NCBI GenBank assembly: GCA_050014835.1
Contig: JBEKCO010000010.1
Location: forward strand, 2,927-66,926
Source of the DNA: Acidimicrobiales bacterium
GTDB taxonomy: Bacteria > Actinomycetota > Acidimicrobiia > Acidimicrobiales > Bog-793
Direction of reading: 5' to 3'
DNA length: 64,000 bases
Shown here: in pieces, positions 27,910-39,776 of the stretch
How positions within the stretch are numbered: the first letter of the stretch is position 1
How the letters are laid out: each line of letters starts with the position of its first letter
Translations under genes and position numbers: made by a program
Notes under the pieces: generated by a model
Databases searched by the model: none
The model's input: the letters and a program-made list of their open reading frames with translations, nothing else
What the model was told of the DNA's origin: nothing

Positions 27910-28665
27910 TCACGGCCGGTTCGGTCGCGGTCGGGTAAGCACCTCCGGGCCGTCCTCGGTGATCGCGATCGTGTGCTCGAAGTGTGCCGACAGGCTCCCG
28001 TCGGCCGTCACGACGCTCCATCCGTCGTCGAGCTCGACCGTGTCCGGACCGCCGACGTTCACCATCGGCTCGACGGCGAAGACGTTCCCGACCTTCAGCT
28101 TCGGGCCCGGGGCGCCAGGCCAGTAGTTCGGGACCGGGGGCTCCTCGTGCATCTCGGTCCCGATCGCGTGCCCGACGTACTTGCGCACGACGGAGAACCC
28201 GGCCGCCTCGACGAGGCCCTGGACCGCCCGGCCGATCTCGTGGAGCCGGTTGCCGGGGCGCATGACGTCCACCCCCCGCCACAGCGAGGCCTCGGTCACC
28301 TCCATGAGCCGGCGGGCGAGAGCAGAGACCTCGCCGACCGGGGCCGTGTAGGCGGCGTCGCCGTGGTAGCCCTCCACGATCGCCCCGCAGTCGATCGAGA
28401 TGATGTCGCCCTCTTCGAGCACGTAGCCACCGGGGATGCCGTGCACGATCATCTGGTTCGGCGAGGTGCAGACGACCGCCGGGAAGCCGTGGTAGTTGAG
28501 GAAGTTCGAGCGCGCCCCCCGCCGCTCGAGGACGGCCCGGGCGACCGAGTCGAGTTCGAGGGTCGTGGCACCCGGGCGGATCGCGGCCTTTGTCTCGGCC
28601 ATGATCTCGGCGACGACGCGCCCGGCGCGGCGCATCTTGTCGATCTCCTGGGCGGTGCGGATCAC
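27910..28665 (-). CDS. map: type I methionine aminopeptidase
   Basis: GTG at 28665 (GTGA overlap with the adk stop) gives VIRTAQEIDKMRRAGRVVAEIMAETKAAIRPGATTLELD...HGIPGGYVLEEGDIISIDCGA...HFEHTIAITEDGPEVLT (251 aa). Confidence 0.92.
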   Translation of the reverse strand: MIRTAQEIDKMRRAGRVVAEIMAETKAAIRPGATTLELDSVARAVLERRGARSNFLNYHGFPAVVCTSPNQMIVHGIPGGYVLEEGDIISIDCGAIVEGYHGDAAYTAPVGEVSALARRLMEVTEASLWRGVDVMRPGNRLHEIGRAVQGLVEAAGFSVVRKYVGHAIGTEMHEEPPVPNYWPGAPGPKLKVGNVFAVEPMVNVGGPDTVELDDGWSVVTADGSLSAHFEHTIAITEDGPEVLTRPRPNRP

Positions 28666-29339
28666 GCCCCGGCCCCACCGGCTCCGAGCCGCGCCTCGAC
28701 GAGCGCGAGGAGCCGGCCCGCCACCTCCTCGACGATGCCGGTCGCGTCGACCGGGACGAGCTTGCCGGCCGTCGCGTAGCGGGCGATGAGCGGCGCCGTC
28801 TGGGCGTCGTAGAGGGCGAGGCGCCGCGTCACGGCCTCCTCGGTGTCGTCCTCGCGCTGGATGACCTCGCCACCGCAGACATCGCAGGTCCAGTCCACCT
28901 TCGGCGGCGCCGTCGTGGCGTAGACCCGGCCGCACACCGAGCAGGTGCGCCGCTGGGCGATCCGCCCGACGACGACGCTCGTCGGGATCTCCAGGCTCAC
29001 GACCACGTCGATCACCGAGGGCTCCAGGATGTCGTCAAGCCGGTCGGCCTGGCCGACGGTCCGCGGGAAGCCGTCGAGCACGAAGCCACGCGCCGCCGCG
29101 TCGTCCTCCGCGAGGCGCGCCGCCATCACCTCGAGGATGATGTCGTCGGAGACGAGCTCGCCGGCCTCCATCGTGGACTGGACGCGGGCCCCCAGCGCAG
29201 ATCCGGACTTCACCGCGGCGCGCAGCATGTCCCCGGTCGAGATGTGCGGGATGCCGTAGTGCTGCGAGATCCGCACGCACTGGGTTCCCTTCCCCGATCC
29301 CTGCTTGCCGAGGACGATGAGACGAGCGGCCCGGTCCAT
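28662..29339 (-). CDS. adk: adenylate kinase (Cys4 zinc lid)
   Basis: 225 aa: LIVLGKQGSGKGTQCVRISQHYGIPHISTGDMLR...CSVCGRVY...CDVCGGEVIQREDD. Confidence 0.93.
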   Translation of the reverse strand: MDRAARLIVLGKQGSGKGTQCVRISQHYGIPHISTGDMLRAAVKSGSALGARVQSTMEAGELVSDDIILEVMAARLAEDDAAARGFVLDGFPRTVGQADRLDDILEPSVIDVVVSLEIPTSVVVGRIAQRRTCSVCGRVYATTAPPKVDWTCDVCGGEVIQREDDTEEAVTRRLALYDAQTAPLIARYATAGKLVPVDATGIVEEVAGRLLALVEARLGAGGAGA

Positions 29340-30623
29340 CTAGGTGAGGTAGCCCTCGTAGTTGCGCATGGTCAGCTGGCTGTTGATCTGCTGGTTCGTC
29401 TGCAGCGCGACGCCGACGCTGATGAGCAACGTCGTCCCGAAGAACGGGATCCCCGTGACGTGCCAGGCAGCGAGGATCGCCGACGGCGTGAGCGCGACGA
29501 AGGCGAGGAAGAGCGACCCGGGAAGCGTGATGCGGTTGAGGATCTTCGACAGGTAGCTCTCGGTCGGCGGCCCGGGGCGGATCCCGGGGATGTACCCGCC
29601 CTGCTTGCGGATCTGGTCCGCCTGCTGGACGGGGTCGAAGCTCACCTGGACGTAGAAGAACGTGAAGGCGACGATGAACAGTCCGTAGAGGACGAGGTAG
29701 ACGCCGCCCGTCGGGTTCACGAGGTTCGCCGTGATCCAGGTCCGCGCGCTGGTCCACGGCAGCACCGTCGAGATGAGGACCGGGATGTAGAGCAGCGAGC
29801 TCGCGAAGATGATCGGGATCACGCCGGCCTGGTTCACCTTCAGCGGGATGTACGTGCTCTGGCCGCCGTACATCCGGCGTCCCTGGACCCGGCGGGCGAA
29901 GGTCACGGGGATCCGCCGCTGGCCGAGCTCGACGAACACGATGGCGACGAGCAGCGCCACGCAGACGATGCCGATGATCGCCAGCCCCGACCAGGACTTG
30001 TCCGCCTTGATGAGGTCGACGTCGAGGGGCACGGTCGCCACGACGTTGGCGAAGATGATGATCGACATCCCCTGGCCGATGCCGCGCTGGGTGATGAGCT
30101 CGCCGAGCCACATGACGAACGCCGTGCCGGCGGTGAACGTGAGGATGATGAACAGCACCCGCATCGCGGTGAAGTCCGGGATGAGGTCGACGTTCGACCC
30201 GACGAGCTCGCCGGAGTGGAGCAGGAACACGAGGCCCGACGACTGCATGAGGGCGAGCGAGACGGTCAGGTAACGGGTCGCCTGGGTCAGCTTGCGCTGG
30301 CCGACGGCACCCTGGTCGCGCCACTCGCTGAACTTCGGGATCACCGTCGTCAGAAGCTGGATGATGATCGACGAGGTGATGTAGGGCATGATCCCGAGCC
30401 CGAGGACCGCGGCCCGCGCGAGCGCCCCTCCCGAGAACAGGTTCAAAAAGCCGAGGATCCCCGAGCCCTTGGCGGCGTTCGAGATCGACTGGATCGCCTT
30501 GAAACTCACGCCCGGGACGGGGATGTTGGCCCCGAGCTGATAGATCGCGATCACGAGCAGCGTGAACAGGACCTTGTTGCGGAGGTCGGCGACCCGGACG
30601 ATGTTCTTCAGGCTCGAGAGCAC
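29340..30623 (-). CDS. secY: preprotein translocase subunit SecY
   Basis: 427 aa, 10-TM pattern: ...LGIMPYITSSIIIQLLT...GTAFVMWLGELITQRGIGQGMSIIIF... Confidence 0.95.
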   Translation of the reverse strand: MLSSLKNIVRVADLRNKVLFTLLVIAIYQLGANIPVPGVSFKAIQSISNAAKGSGILGFLNLFSGGALARAAVLGLGIMPYITSSIIIQLLTTVIPKFSEWRDQGAVGQRKLTQATRYLTVSLALMQSSGLVFLLHSGELVGSNVDLIPDFTAMRVLFIILTFTAGTAFVMWLGELITQRGIGQGMSIIIFANVVATVPLDVDLIKADKSWSGLAIIGIVCVALLVAIVFVELGQRRIPVTFARRVQGRRMYGGQSTYIPLKVNQAGVIPIIFASSLLYIPVLISTVLPWTSARTWITANLVNPTGGVYLVLYGLFIVAFTFFYVQVSFDPVQQADQIRKQGGYIPGIRPGPPTESYLSKILNRITLPGSLFLAFVALTPSAILAAWHVTGIPFFGTTLLISVGVALQTNQQINSQLTMRNYEGYLT

Positions 30624-30718
30624 GACGCCTCCCGTTCAGCGGCGCTCGCCCGTCGGCCGACGAGGCGCCGGTCCGACCCTACCGTCCACCCCGTCACGGT
30701 CCCGATCACCCCGTCCGC

Positions 30719-31207
30719 CTAGCGGTTCGCGAGCGCGTTGCCCCGCACGGGGGGACGCCGGTTGCCCCGCGGCGACGCCACGACGGTCACGGATCCGCCC
30801 GCGGCGGTGATCGCCCGGGCGGCGGACTTCGAGAAGGCGTGCGCCTCGACGGCGATCGCCCGCGAGACCGCGCCACGTCCGAGCACCTTCACGAGGCCCC
30901 TGGCGTGGACGACCCCGGCGGCGCGCAGCGACTCCGGGGTGACCGTTGCGGCACCGAGCTTCTCGAGGTCGTCGAGGTTGACAACGTTGTACTCGACCCG
31001 GAACGGATTCTCGAAGCCGCGCAGCTTCGGGATCCGCTGGGTGAGCGGGAGCTGACCTCCCTCGAACCCCGCGTTGACGGTGTTCCGCGCGAGCTGGCCC
31101 TTCGTGCCGCGCCCGGCGGTCTTCCCGCCCTTGCCACCGGTGCCGCGGCCAACGCGGCGGCGGGCGCGGTGGGCGCCGCGAGCGGGACCGAGATCGTCGA
31201 GCCTCAT
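30719..31207 (-). CDS. rplO: 50S ribosomal protein L15
   Basis: 162 aa: MRLDDLGPARGAHRARRRVGRGTGGKGGKTAGRGTKGQ... Its ATG overlaps the rpmD stop (ATGA). Confidence 0.93.
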   Translation of the reverse strand: MRLDDLGPARGAHRARRRVGRGTGGKGGKTAGRGTKGQLARNTVNAGFEGGQLPLTQRIPKLRGFENPFRVEYNVVNLDDLEKLGAATVTPESLRAAGVVHARGLVKVLGRGAVSRAIAVEAHAFSKSAARAITAAGGSVTVVASPRGNRRPPVRGNALANR

Positions 31208-31473
31208 CGCGCACCCGCCTTGGCCGTCGAGGAGGTCTTCGGCCGGTCGCTGGCCCCGCGGGCGCGCGCGCCTACCTCGGTGACGCTCACGAGATGGGAC
31301 ACGCGCGCGAGCATGCCACGGATCTCCGGCCGGTCGGCCAGCACGTTGGACTGCCCGATGCGCCGCAGTCCGAGTGCCCGCAGCGTCGCGCGGTGTTTCG
31401 GCTTCCCGCCGATCGCCGAGTGGATCTGGGTGACGAGGATCTCGGCGGATCCCGAGGGCGAGCGCGGCGCCAT
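31204..31473 (-). CDS. rpmD: 50S ribosomal protein L30 (with a C-terminal tail)
   Basis: Internal ATG at 31473 gives MAPRSPSGSAEILVTQIHSAIGGKPKHRATLRALGLRRIGQSNVLADRPEIRGMLARVSHLVSVTEV, plus a roughly 22-aa tail. Confidence 0.85.
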   Translation of the reverse strand: MAPRSPSGSAEILVTQIHSAIGGKPKHRATLRALGLRRIGQSNVLADRPEIRGMLARVSHLVSVTEVGARARGASDRPKTSSTAKAGAR

Positions 31474-31474
31474 C

Positions 31475-32023
31475 TCAGTCACCCTCGCCGATGACGGTCG
31501 CGCCGCGGCGCCGCTCGTTGTAGGCCCGCAGCACGCCCGCCGGGGTGACCTCTTCGGGGCTCTTGTCCCGCAGGCGGGCAACCTCGTCCGGACGGCGGAG
31601 CGCCTTCAACCCGGCGATCGTCGCGTGCGCCACGTTGATCGAGTTCGAGGTGCCGAGCGACTTGGCGACGACGTCGCGCACGCCCGCCATCTCGAAGATC
31701 GCCCGGGCGGCGCCGCCCGCGATCACGCCGGTGCCCGGGGCCGCCGGCTTCAGCAGTATGCGGCCGGCACCGGCCGAGCCGATCACCGGGTGAACGATCG
31801 TCGATCCCGCGAGCGGCACGTCGAAGAGGTTCTTCTTCGCGTCCTCGATCCCCTTCTGCACGGCGAGGCCCGCTTCCTTGGCCTTGCCGTAGCCGAGGCC
31901 GACGCGACCCTGGCCGTCGCCGACGACCATCAGCGCGGTGAACGAGAACCGCCGGCCGCCCTGGACCACCTTGGCGACGCGGTTCACCCGGATCGTCCGC
32001 TCCTCGTACTGGGACTCAGGCAT
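31475..32023 (-). CDS. rpsE: 30S ribosomal protein S5
   Basis: 182 aa: ...[42 protein letters not shown]... Confidence 0.95.
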   Translation of the reverse strand: MPESQYEERTIRVNRVAKVVQGGRRFSFTALMVVGDGQGRVGLGYGKAKEAGLAVQKGIEDAKKNLFDVPLAGSTIVHPVIGSAGAGRILLKPAAPGTGVIAGGAARAIFEMAGVRDVVAKSLGTSNSINVAHATIAGLKALRRPDEVARLRDKSPEEVTPAGVLRAYNERRRGATVIGEGD

Positions 32024-32389
32024 TCAGAACTCCAATCCCGCCTGTCGAGCGGCCTCGGCGAGGGCCGCGACGCGGCCGTGGTACCGGGAGCCGCCGCGGT
32101 CGAACACGACCCTGCCGACCCCGTGTTCGCGGGCGCGTTCCGCCACGATGCGACCGACTTCCGCGGCCGCCGCGACATTGCCCGTGGGCTTGGTTCGCAG
32201 GCTCTCTTCCATCGTCGAGACAGCGACGATCGTGCGCCCGGCGGTGTCGTCGATCACCTGGGCGACGATGTGGCGGCTCGAGCGGAAGACCGCGAGCCGC
32301 GGCCGCTCGGCCGTGCCGACCACCTTGTGACGCAGCCGTTCGTGCCGCCGGCGGCGAAGGACGTGGGTGCGCTCGGTGTCCGCCATCAC
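32024..32389 (-). CDS. rplR: 50S ribosomal protein L18
   Basis: 121 aa: ...[34 protein letters not shown]...[26 protein letters not shown]. Confidence 0.93.
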   Translation of the reverse strand: MMADTERTHVLRRRRHERLRHKVVGTAERPRLAVFRSSRHIVAQVIDDTAGRTIVAVSTMEESLRTKPTGNVAAAAEVGRIVAERAREHGVGRVVFDRGGSRYHGRVAALAEAARQAGLEF

Positions 32390-32934
32390 TACTTCCCAGC
32401 CTTTCCGGCCTTGTGGGGCACGTACTCACCCGCGTACCGCACGCCCTTGCCCTTGTACGGCTCCGGCTTGCGCATCTTGCGGATGTCGGCGGCGACCTGG
32501 CCGACCCGCTCCTTGTCGATGCCGCGCACCGTCACGCGGGTCGGGGCGGGCACCTCGAAGGTGATGCCCTCGGGCGCGTCGATGACGACCGGATGGCTGA
32601 AGCCGAGCGCGAGTTCCAGCTGGCCCGGCCCCTTCGCCGTCGCCCGGTAGCCGACACCCACAATCTCGAGGTCCTTCGAGAACCCTTCGGTGACGCCGAG
32701 CATCATGTTCGCGATCAATGTGCGGGTGAGCCCGTGGAGCGCCCGGCTCATCCGTTCGTCGTTCGGCCGCTCGACAACCAGTCTCGAGCCGTCATCCTCG
32801 GCGCGCACCGTGATCCTCCCGGGGATCACCCTTTCGAGCGCCCCCTTCGGGCCACTCACCGCGATGCGGTCGTCGGCGAGCGTCACCTCGACGCCGGCGG
32901 GCACCGTGATCGGCATCCGTCCAACCCGCGACAT
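32389..32934 (-). CDS. rplF: 50S ribosomal protein L6
   Basis: 181 aa: [35 protein letters not shown]... Confidence 0.95.
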   Translation of the reverse strand: MSRVGRMPITVPAGVEVTLADDRIAVSGPKGALERVIPGRITVRAEDDGSRLVVERPNDERMSRALHGLTRTLIANMMLGVTEGFSKDLEIVGVGYRATAKGPGQLELALGFSHPVVIDAPEGITFEVPAPTRVTVRGIDKERVGQVAADIRKMRKPEPYKGKGVRYAGEYVPHKAGKAGK

Positions 32935-32967
32935 CAGCGGATCACCGCCCGCGCCGCCGGGACCCGC

Positions 32968-33372
32968 TCACCAGACATAACAGAGCACCTCGCCGCCGAT
33001 CTTGCGCTGCCGGGCCTCCCGGTCCGTGAGCAGCCCCTGACTCGTCGAGAGCACCGCCACGCCGAGACCCCCGAGGACACGGGGCAAGTGGTCGGCGCGC
33101 GCGTAGACACGGAGACCCGGCGTCGAGACCCTCTTCAGACCGGCGATCGCGCGAGCACGGTCGTGCGTGTACTTCATCTGGATCTCGAGGACCGTCCCAG
33201 GGCGCGATCCGTCCTCGGTGGTCGTGAAGCCGGCGATGTAACCCTCGCGCTCGAGGATCGAGGCGAGCGACATCTTCAGTTTCGATCCGGGCATGCGGAC
33301 GGTGTCGTGCATCGCAACGTTGGCGTTGCGAACGCGGGTCAGCATGTCGGCGATGGGATCCGTCATGGTCAT
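32968..33372 (-). CDS. rpsH: 30S ribosomal protein S8
   Basis: 134 aa: [33 protein letters not shown]... Confidence 0.95.
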   Translation of the reverse strand: MTMTDPIADMLTRVRNANVAMHDTVRMPGSKLKMSLASILEREGYIAGFTTTEDGSRPGTVLEIQMKYTHDRARAIAGLKRVSTPGLRVYARADHLPRVLGGLGVAVLSTSQGLLTDREARQRKIGGEVLCYVW

Positions 33373-33388
33373 CGGCGATCCCCTCCCG

Positions 33389-33574
33389 TCACCAGCTTGC
33401 CTTCGTCACACCAGGGACTTCTCCTGCATGAACAAGCTCTCGTAGGCAGATACGGCACATCCCGAAACGCCGGTAGACCGAACGCGGGCGCCCGCAACGG
33501 CGGCAACGGGTGTACCCGCGCACCTTGAACTTCGGCTTGCGCTGCTGCTTCTCAACGAGTGCCTTTTTCGCCAT
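33389..33574 (-). CDS. rpsN: 30S ribosomal protein S14, type Z (zinc-binding)
   Basis: 61 aa: [46 protein letters not shown]... (CxxC...CxxC). Confidence 0.93.
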   Translation of the reverse strand: MAKKALVEKQQRKPKFKVRGYTRCRRCGRPRSVYRRFGMCRICLRELVHAGEVPGVTKASW

Positions 33575-33584
33575 GATTCGCCTC

Positions 33585-34157
33585 TTACCCTTCGCGTCGG
33601 AACGGGAAGCCGAAGGCGTCGAGCAGCGCCCGACCCTCGGCGTCCGTACGGGCCGTCGTCACGATCGTGATGTCCATTCCACGGGTCGCGTCGACCTTGT
33701 CGTAGTCGATCTCCGGGAAGATGAGTTGCTCGGAGACTCCGAGCGTGTAGTTGCCGTGACCGTCGAAGGATCGTGCCGGCAGGCCGCGGAAGTCCCGGAC
33801 TCGCGGGATCGCGAGGCTGATGAGCCGGTCGAAGAACTCCCACATCCGGTCGCCCCGGAGCGTCACCATGGCACCGATCGAGTTCCCCTCGCGCAACTTG
33901 AACGCCGAGATCGACTTGCGCGCCCGCGTGACGACCGGCCGCTGGCCGGTGATCGTGGCGAGGTCCCGCACCGCGCCCTCGAGCAGCGACTGTTGCTGGG
34001 TCGCCTTGCCCACGCCGGTGTTGACCACGATCTTGGTGAGCCGCGGCACCTGCATCACGTTGGCGAGCCCAAGCTCGGTCTTCAGCCGGTCGCGGATCTC
34101 GTCCTCGAAACGCGCCTTCAGGCGCGGGCGTTCGGCCACGGCCGTCGCCGCGCTCAC
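33585..34157 (-). CDS. rplE: 50S ribosomal protein L5
   Basis: GTG at 34157 (GTGA overlap with the rplX stop) gives [50 protein letters not shown]... (190 aa). Confidence 0.93.
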   Translation of the reverse strand: MSAATAVAERPRLKARFEDEIRDRLKTELGLANVMQVPRLTKIVVNTGVGKATQQQSLLEGAVRDLATITGQRPVVTRARKSISAFKLREGNSIGAMVTLRGDRMWEFFDRLISLAIPRVRDFRGLPARSFDGHGNYTLGVSEQLIFPEIDYDKVDATRGMDITIVTTARTDAEGRALLDAFGFPFRREG

Positions 34158-34459
34158 AGCTTGCCCCCACATTTCGCGCAGACCCTCGTCTTCGTCCCGT
34201 CCTTGCCGATCTCGTACCGGGCCCGCGTCGGGCCGTCTTTTGCGCAGATCAACGCGACGACGGCGACCGGCAGCGGCATGTCCTTGTCGATGATCCCCGC
34301 CTGCATCGCGGCCCGAGTCGGACGCTGGTGCCGCTTGGAGATGTTGACGCCGGAGACGACGACTTTGCGCTCGTCGGGGATGGCGCGGATCACCTCACCG
34401 GTCTTGCCCCGGTGCTTTCCCGACAGAATCTGGACTTCGTCGCCCTTGTGGATCTTCAT
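34154..34459 (-). CDS. rplX: 50S ribosomal protein L24
   Basis: 101 aa: [39 protein letters not shown]... Confidence 0.93.
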   Translation of the reverse strand: MKIHKGDEVQILSGKHRGKTGEVIRAIPDERKVVVSGVNISKRHQRPTRAAMQAGIIDKDMPLPVAVVALICAKDGPTRARYEIGKDGTKTRVCAKCGGKL

Positions 34460-34828
34460 CTAGATCACCTCCGGCGCGAGGCTGACGATGCGCATGAACC
34501 TCTTGTCGCGCAGCTCGCGACCGACCGGCCCGAAGATGCGGGTGCCCCGCGGCTGCAGTTGCTCGTTGATGAGCACCGCGGCGTTCTCGTCGAAGCGGAT
34601 GTAGCTGCCGTCGGGACGGCGGCGCTCCTTCTTCGTCCGCACGACGACGCACCGCACGACCTCACCCTTTTTCACGGCGGCACCCGGGACGGCGTCCTTC
34701 ACCGTCGCGATGAAGACGTCGCCGATGGCCGCGTAGCGCCGGCGGGAGCCCCCGAGCACCTTGATGCACAGGACCTCTTTCGCCCCGGAGTTGTCCGCGA
34801 CCTTTAGGCGCGACTCTTGCTGGATCAC
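34460..34828 (-). CDS. rplN: 50S ribosomal protein L14
   Basis: GTG at 34828 (GTGA overlap with the rpsQ stop) gives (M)[32 protein letters not shown]... (122 aa). Confidence 0.95.
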   Translation of the reverse strand: MIQQESRLKVADNSGAKEVLCIKVLGGSRRRYAAIGDVFIATVKDAVPGAAVKKGEVVRCVVVRTKKERRRPDGSYIRFDENAAVLINEQLQPRGTRIFGPVGRELRDKRFMRIVSLAPEVI

Positions 34829-35121
34829 CGTGCGCGCTCCAGGACCTCGACGAGACGCCACCGCTTGAGCTTCGAGACCGGGCGCGTCTCGGCGATGAGC
34901 ACCTTGTCGCCAACGGCGGCGGCGTTCTCCTCGTCGTGGACGTAGAGCCTCTTCGAGCGCTGGACGGTCTTGGCGTACTTCGCGTGGCGGACGCGTTCGA
35001 CGACCGAGACGACCGCCGTCTTGTCGCCGGAACTGGAGATCACCATCCCCTCACGCACCTTGCGGCGGTTCGGACGCGCCGCACCGGGCGTCGAGACCGC
35101 TCGTTCGGTTTCGTCAGCCAC
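34825..35121 (-). CDS. rpsQ: 30S ribosomal protein S17
   Basis: 98 aa: ...[47 protein letters not shown]... Confidence 0.93.
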   Translation of the reverse strand: MADETERAVSTPGAARPNRRKVREGMVISSSGDKTAVVSVVERVRHAKYAKTVQRSKRLYVHDEENAAAVGDKVLIAETRPVSKLKRWRLVEVLERAR

Positions 35122-35389
35122 GGTTCCTCCTCGTCCTTCTCACCGGCTCCTCGGGCACTTCCGGTGCCACAAGATCCATTTCCGGCTGCCAGCGCGCGGC
35201 AGCGGCGTCCTCGGTCTCGATCGTCCGCAACCGGGCGATGTCCCGGCGGACGACCGCGATCCGGCTCACGTTGTCGAGCCGGCCCGTCGCCAGTTGAAAG
35301 CGCAGGTTGAACAGCTCCTTACGCGCGTCGACGAGGCGCTGGGCCCGGTCGAGCTCGGAGAGCGCCCGCAGTTCCGTCGGCTTGGTCAT
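35114..35389 (-). CDS. rpmC: 50S ribosomal protein L29 (with a C-terminal tail)
   Basis: 91 aa: [56 protein letters not shown]..., plus a roughly 25-aa tail. Its ATG overlaps the rplP stop (ATGA). Confidence 0.9.
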   Translation of the reverse strand: MTKPTELRALSELDRAQRLVDARKELFNLRFQLATGRLDNVSRIAVVRRDIARLRTIETEDAAAARWQPEMDLVAPEVPEEPVRRTRRNRG

Positions 35390-35826
35390 TTCGCCGCTCC
35401 CCCGGACTCGGCCAGAACGCCGGGCCGGACGACGACCTCGGCCTTGATCGGCAACTTCTGGATGGCGCGTTCCATCGCCTGGCGCGCGAGCTGTTCGTCG
35501 ACCCCCGCGATCTCGAACATGATCCGCCCGGGCCGCACGACGGCGACCCAGTGCTCGGGGTTGCCTTTCCCCGATCCCATGCGCGTCTCGGCCGGCTTCT
35601 GGGTGACCGGTTTGTCAGGGAAGACCCGGATCCAGACCTTGCCGCCGCGGCGCACGTGGCGCGTCATCGCGATACGTGCCGCCTCGATCTGGCGCGCCGT
35701 GATCCAGCCCGGTTCGAGCGCCTTGATCCCGTAGTCGCCGAAGTCGATCGACTGGGCCCCCTTCGCGAGGCCGGTGCGCCGGCCGCGATGCTGCTTACGG
35801 TGCTTCACCTTCTTGGGCATCAGCAT
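35386..35826 (-). CDS. rplP: 50S ribosomal protein L16
   Basis: 146 aa: [56 protein letters not shown]... Confidence 0.95.
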   Translation of the reverse strand: MLMPKKVKHRKQHRGRRTGLAKGAQSIDFGDYGIKALEPGWITARQIEAARIAMTRHVRRGGKVWIRVFPDKPVTQKPAETRMGSGKGNPEHWVAVVRPGRIMFEIAGVDEQLARQAMERAIQKLPIKAEVVVRPGVLAESGGAAK

Positions 35827-35828
35827 CG

Positions 35829-36784
<956 letters not shown>

Positions 36785-36785
<1 letters not shown>

Positions 36786-37564
36786 TAGCTCTTGTCCTTC
36801 CCGGACGGCTTGCGCGTCGTCTTCTTCGCGATCTTGGCGATCGCCCGGGTCGCCTTGGCGGGCGCGGACTTTCTGGCGGGCGCCTTCGCCGGGGATTTCT
36901 TGGCGGGCGCGGCCTTCTTGGCGGGGGCCTTCGCCGGCGCCTTCTTGGCGGGGGCCGCCTTCTTGGCGGGCGCCTTCGCCGGGGATTTCTTGGCAGGCGC
37001 CTTTCTCGCCGCGGCCTTGCGCGCCCGCGGCGGGCGCTCCTCGGTCTCTTCGGCGACCTCGGCGGCTTCCCCGGCGGCTTCCCCGGCGGCGAGGGTCGGT
37101 GTCTCCTCGGCCGCCCGGGCGCGCCGGCGGGCCCCGGCGACGCGGCGGGCGCGGCGGTCGGCGTTCTGCGCCGCCGAACGCGCCTTTAGCCGCGCGATCT
37201 GGTCCTCGGGCATCCGCGACAGGATGATCGTGATGTGGCAGGTGCGCTTGCGGATCCGGGTGCTGCGGCCCCGCGCCCGTGTGCGGTAGCGCCGGAGGGT
37301 CGAGCCCGTGTCGGCGAAGCACGACGCGACGTAGAGCTCCTCGGGGAACTGTCCGTCGTTGTGCTCGGCGTTGGCGGCGGCCGAGCGGAGCAGCTTCGCG
37401 ACGACCGGAGCCGCGCCGCGGTCGGCGTGGTCGAGCAGCTCGACGGCCCGCGTGTAGTCGAGTCCCCGCACGAGGTCGAGGACCTCACGCGCCTTGGTGC
37501 TCGACATCCGGCAGTGCCGCAGCACGGCGCGGGTCCCGGGACGCTCGTTCGTCTTGACGGTCAT
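36785..37564 (-). CDS. rplV: 50S ribosomal protein L22 with a roughly 130-aa Lys/Ala/Pro-rich C-terminal tail
   Basis: 259 aa. The L22 core is [37 protein letters not shown]...[14 protein letters not shown]. The tail follows: ...[58 protein letters not shown]... Confidence 0.9.
36874..36994 (-). repeat. in-frame direct repeat encoding the PAKK-type tail of L22
   Basis: The exact 31-nt copy tggcgggcgccttcgccggggatttcttggc occurs at 36874-36904 and 36964-36994. The 90-nt spacing equals 30 codons. Degenerate ggcgccttcttggcgggg units lie between the copies. Confidence 0.75.
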
Positions 37565-37566
37565 CG

Positions 37567-37845
37567 TCAGCGCCTCGCCTGACGTTCCTGGCCCGCGTGG
37601 AAGCGGAAGGTCCGCGTCGGCGCGAACTCGCCGAGCTTGTGGCCGACCATCGCCTCGGTGACGTAGACGGGGACGTGCTTGCGCCCGTCATGGACCGCGA
37701 TGGTGTGGCCGACCATGTCCGGGATGATCGTCGAACGCCGCGACCAGGTCTTGATGACACGCTTCTCGTTCTTCGCGTTGAGGTCGTCCACCTTCTTCAA
37801 CAGGTGGTCGTCGACGAACGGTCCCTTCCTCAGGCTGCGGGGCAT
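37567..37845 (-). CDS. rpsS: 30S ribosomal protein S19
   Basis: Internal ATG at 37845 gives [57 protein letters not shown]... (92 aa). Confidence 0.95.
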   Translation of the reverse strand: MPRSLRKGPFVDDHLLKKVDDLNAKNEKRVIKTWSRRSTIIPDMVGHTIAVHDGRKHVPVYVTEAMVGHKLGEFAPTRTFRFHAGQERQARR

Positions 37846-37864
37846 GCGATCCTCGTTCGTTTCC

Positions 37865-38701
37865 TCAACGGCGCGCACCGCGGCCGCGTCGGCGGCGCAC
37901 GATGAGCTGATCGGACATCTTGCGGCGGGCGCGCGTGCGACCCTCGGGCTGTCCCCACGGCGAGACGGGATGGCGCCCGCCCGAGGCCTTCCCCTCGCCT
38001 CCGCCGAGCGGGTGGTCGACCGGGTTCATCGCCACGCCTCGCGACTGGGGCCGGACGCCGCGCCAGCGGTTGCGCCCCGCCTTGCCGATCGAGATGAGCT
38101 CGGCCTCGGCGTTGCCGACCTCGCCGATCGTCGCCCGGCAGTCGATCGGCACGCGGCGCATCTCCGTCGACGGGAGCCGGAGCGTGGCGAGCGACCCTTC
38201 CTTCGCGACGAGCTGCACGCTCATGCCGGCGCCGCGGGCGATCTTGCCGCCGCCGCCGGGACGGAGCTCGACGTTGTGCACGACGGAACCGACCGGGATG
38301 TAGCGCAGCGGGAGGGCGTTTCCGGGGCGGATCTCGGAACCGTGCCCAGACTGCAGCATGTCGCCGACCTCGACGCGTTGCGGGGCGAGGATGTAACGCT
38401 TCTCGCCGTCGGCATAGTGGAGCAGCGCGATGCGGGCGTTGCGGTTCGGGTCGTACTCGATCGCCGCGACCCGGGCCGGAACCCCGTCCTTGGCGCGCCA
38501 GAAGTCGATAACACGGTACTGGCGCTTGTGGCCGCCGCCGCGGTGACGCGACGTCATCCGCCCGTAGCTGTTGCGACCGCCGGACGACGGCAACGGCTCG
38601 ACGAGCGTCCGCTCGGGTCGGTCCTTCGTGATCTCCGAGAAGTCCGACACCGACTGGAATCGCCTTCCGGCGCTCGTCGGCTTGCGCTTGCGAACTGCCA
38701 T
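37865..38701 (-). CDS. rplB: 50S ribosomal protein L2
   Basis: Internal ATG at 38701 gives [37 protein letters not shown]...[13 protein letters not shown]... (278 aa). Confidence 0.95.
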   Translation of the reverse strand: MAVRKRKPTSAGRRFQSVSDFSEITKDRPERTLVEPLPSSGGRNSYGRMTSRHRGGGHKRQYRVIDFWRAKDGVPARVAAIEYDPNRNARIALLHYADGEKRYILAPQRVEVGDMLQSGHGSEIRPGNALPLRYIPVGSVVHNVELRPGGGGKIARGAGMSVQLVAKEGSLATLRLPSTEMRRVPIDCRATIGEVGNAEAELISIGKAGRNRWRGVRPQSRGVAMNPVDHPLGGGEGKASGGRHPVSPWGQPEGRTRARRKMSDQLIVRRRRGRGARR

Positions 38702-38709
38702 CTCGTCCC

Positions 38710-39000
38710 TCAGCTCTCGAACAGTTCGATGCGGTCTTCGCCGACGAGGCGCACGATCGCCCGCTTCGTGTCCGATCGCCGACCGAACGTCATCGACCGG
38801 CGATTCCGCTTCCGCTTCCCCTTGCGATTGAGCGTGTTCACGCTGGAGACGTGGACGCCGAAGCTCTCCTCGACGGCGTCGCGGATCTCCTCTTTCGAGG
38901 CCCGGGGATCGACGACGAAGACATAGGCGCCTTGCTCCATGAGCCCGTACGACTTCTCCGAAATGATCGGGCGCAGAAGCACCGTCCGGTTCGTGGTCAT
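38710..39000 (-). CDS. rplW: 50S ribosomal protein L23
   Basis: 96 aa: [49 protein letters not shown]... Confidence 0.93.
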   Translation of the reverse strand: MTTNRTVLLRPIISEKSYGLMEQGAYVFVVDPRASKEEIRDAVEESFGVHVSSVNTLNRKGKRKRNRRSMTFGRRSDTKRAIVRLVGEDRIELFES

Positions 39001-39776
39001 CTCCCGCTCCCGTTGTCCGTTGCCGTCCGCTTGCGCGCCGGGGCCTTCGCCGCCGGGGCCTTCGTCGGTGCCGCCTTGCGCTCCGGCTCCGCCGCGACCG
39101 CCGAGGCGGCGGTCGGCGAGCCGGGGATCGTCTCGTCGGTGAACACGATGACGTCGGCGGCGAGAAGGTCATACGCCGTAACCTGTTCTCCGGGCAGTAC
39201 GGCGACACCGGGGAGGTTGCGGAACGACCGGGCAGCGACGTCGTCGTCGTGGGTCGCGACGATGAGGACCCGGCCGGCGCAGTCGAGCGCGCTGAGCGCG
39301 GCGAGAGCGGCTTTCGTGCGCGGCACCTCCATCGTCCAGTGGTCGATGAGCCGCACCGCGCCGGAGCGGGCCCGGTCCGACAGCGCGCAGCAGTAGGCCT
39401 GCCGGACCATCTTGCGCGGGGTGCGCTGCGAGTAGTCACGCGGCTTCGGGCCGAGCGCGACGCCGCCGCCCGCGTAGTGGGGCGCCCGGATCGATCCCTG
39501 CCTGGCGGCCCCGGTGCCCTTCTGGCGGTAGGGCTTGGCCGACCCGCCGCGCACCTCGGCACGGGTCCGCGTGCTCTGGGTGCCACGCCGCTTCGCGGCG
39601 AGCTGGGCAGTGACGACCTGGTGGACGAGGGGCTCGTTCGGGGCCACGCTGAAGAACTCCCGATCGAGCTCCACGGTCCCGAGCACGGCGCCGGCGTCGG
39701 TCGTGCGGTTGATGGTCACCGCGTCGAGCAGCCGCTCGGCACGTGCCCGAGGGGAGTCGAGGGTGTCGACGCTCAC
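38997..39776 (-). CDS. rplD: 50S ribosomal protein L4 (with an Ala/Pro/Lys C-terminal tail)
   Basis: GTG at 39776 (GTGA overlap with the rplC stop) gives [38 protein letters not shown]...[40 protein letters not shown]... (259 aa). The tail is ...[25 protein letters not shown]... Confidence 0.9.
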   Translation of the reverse strand: MSVDTLDSPRARAERLLDAVTINRTTDAGAVLGTVELDREFFSVAPNEPLVHQVVTAQLAAKRRGTQSTRTRAEVRGGSAKPYRQKGTGAARQGSIRAPHYAGGGVALGPKPRDYSQRTPRKMVRQAYCCALSDRARSGAVRLIDHWTMEVPRTKAALAALSALDCAGRVLIVATHDDDVAARSFRNLPGVAVLPGEQVTAYDLLAADVIVFTDETIPGSPTAASAVAAEPERKAAPTKAPAAKAPARKRTATDNGSGR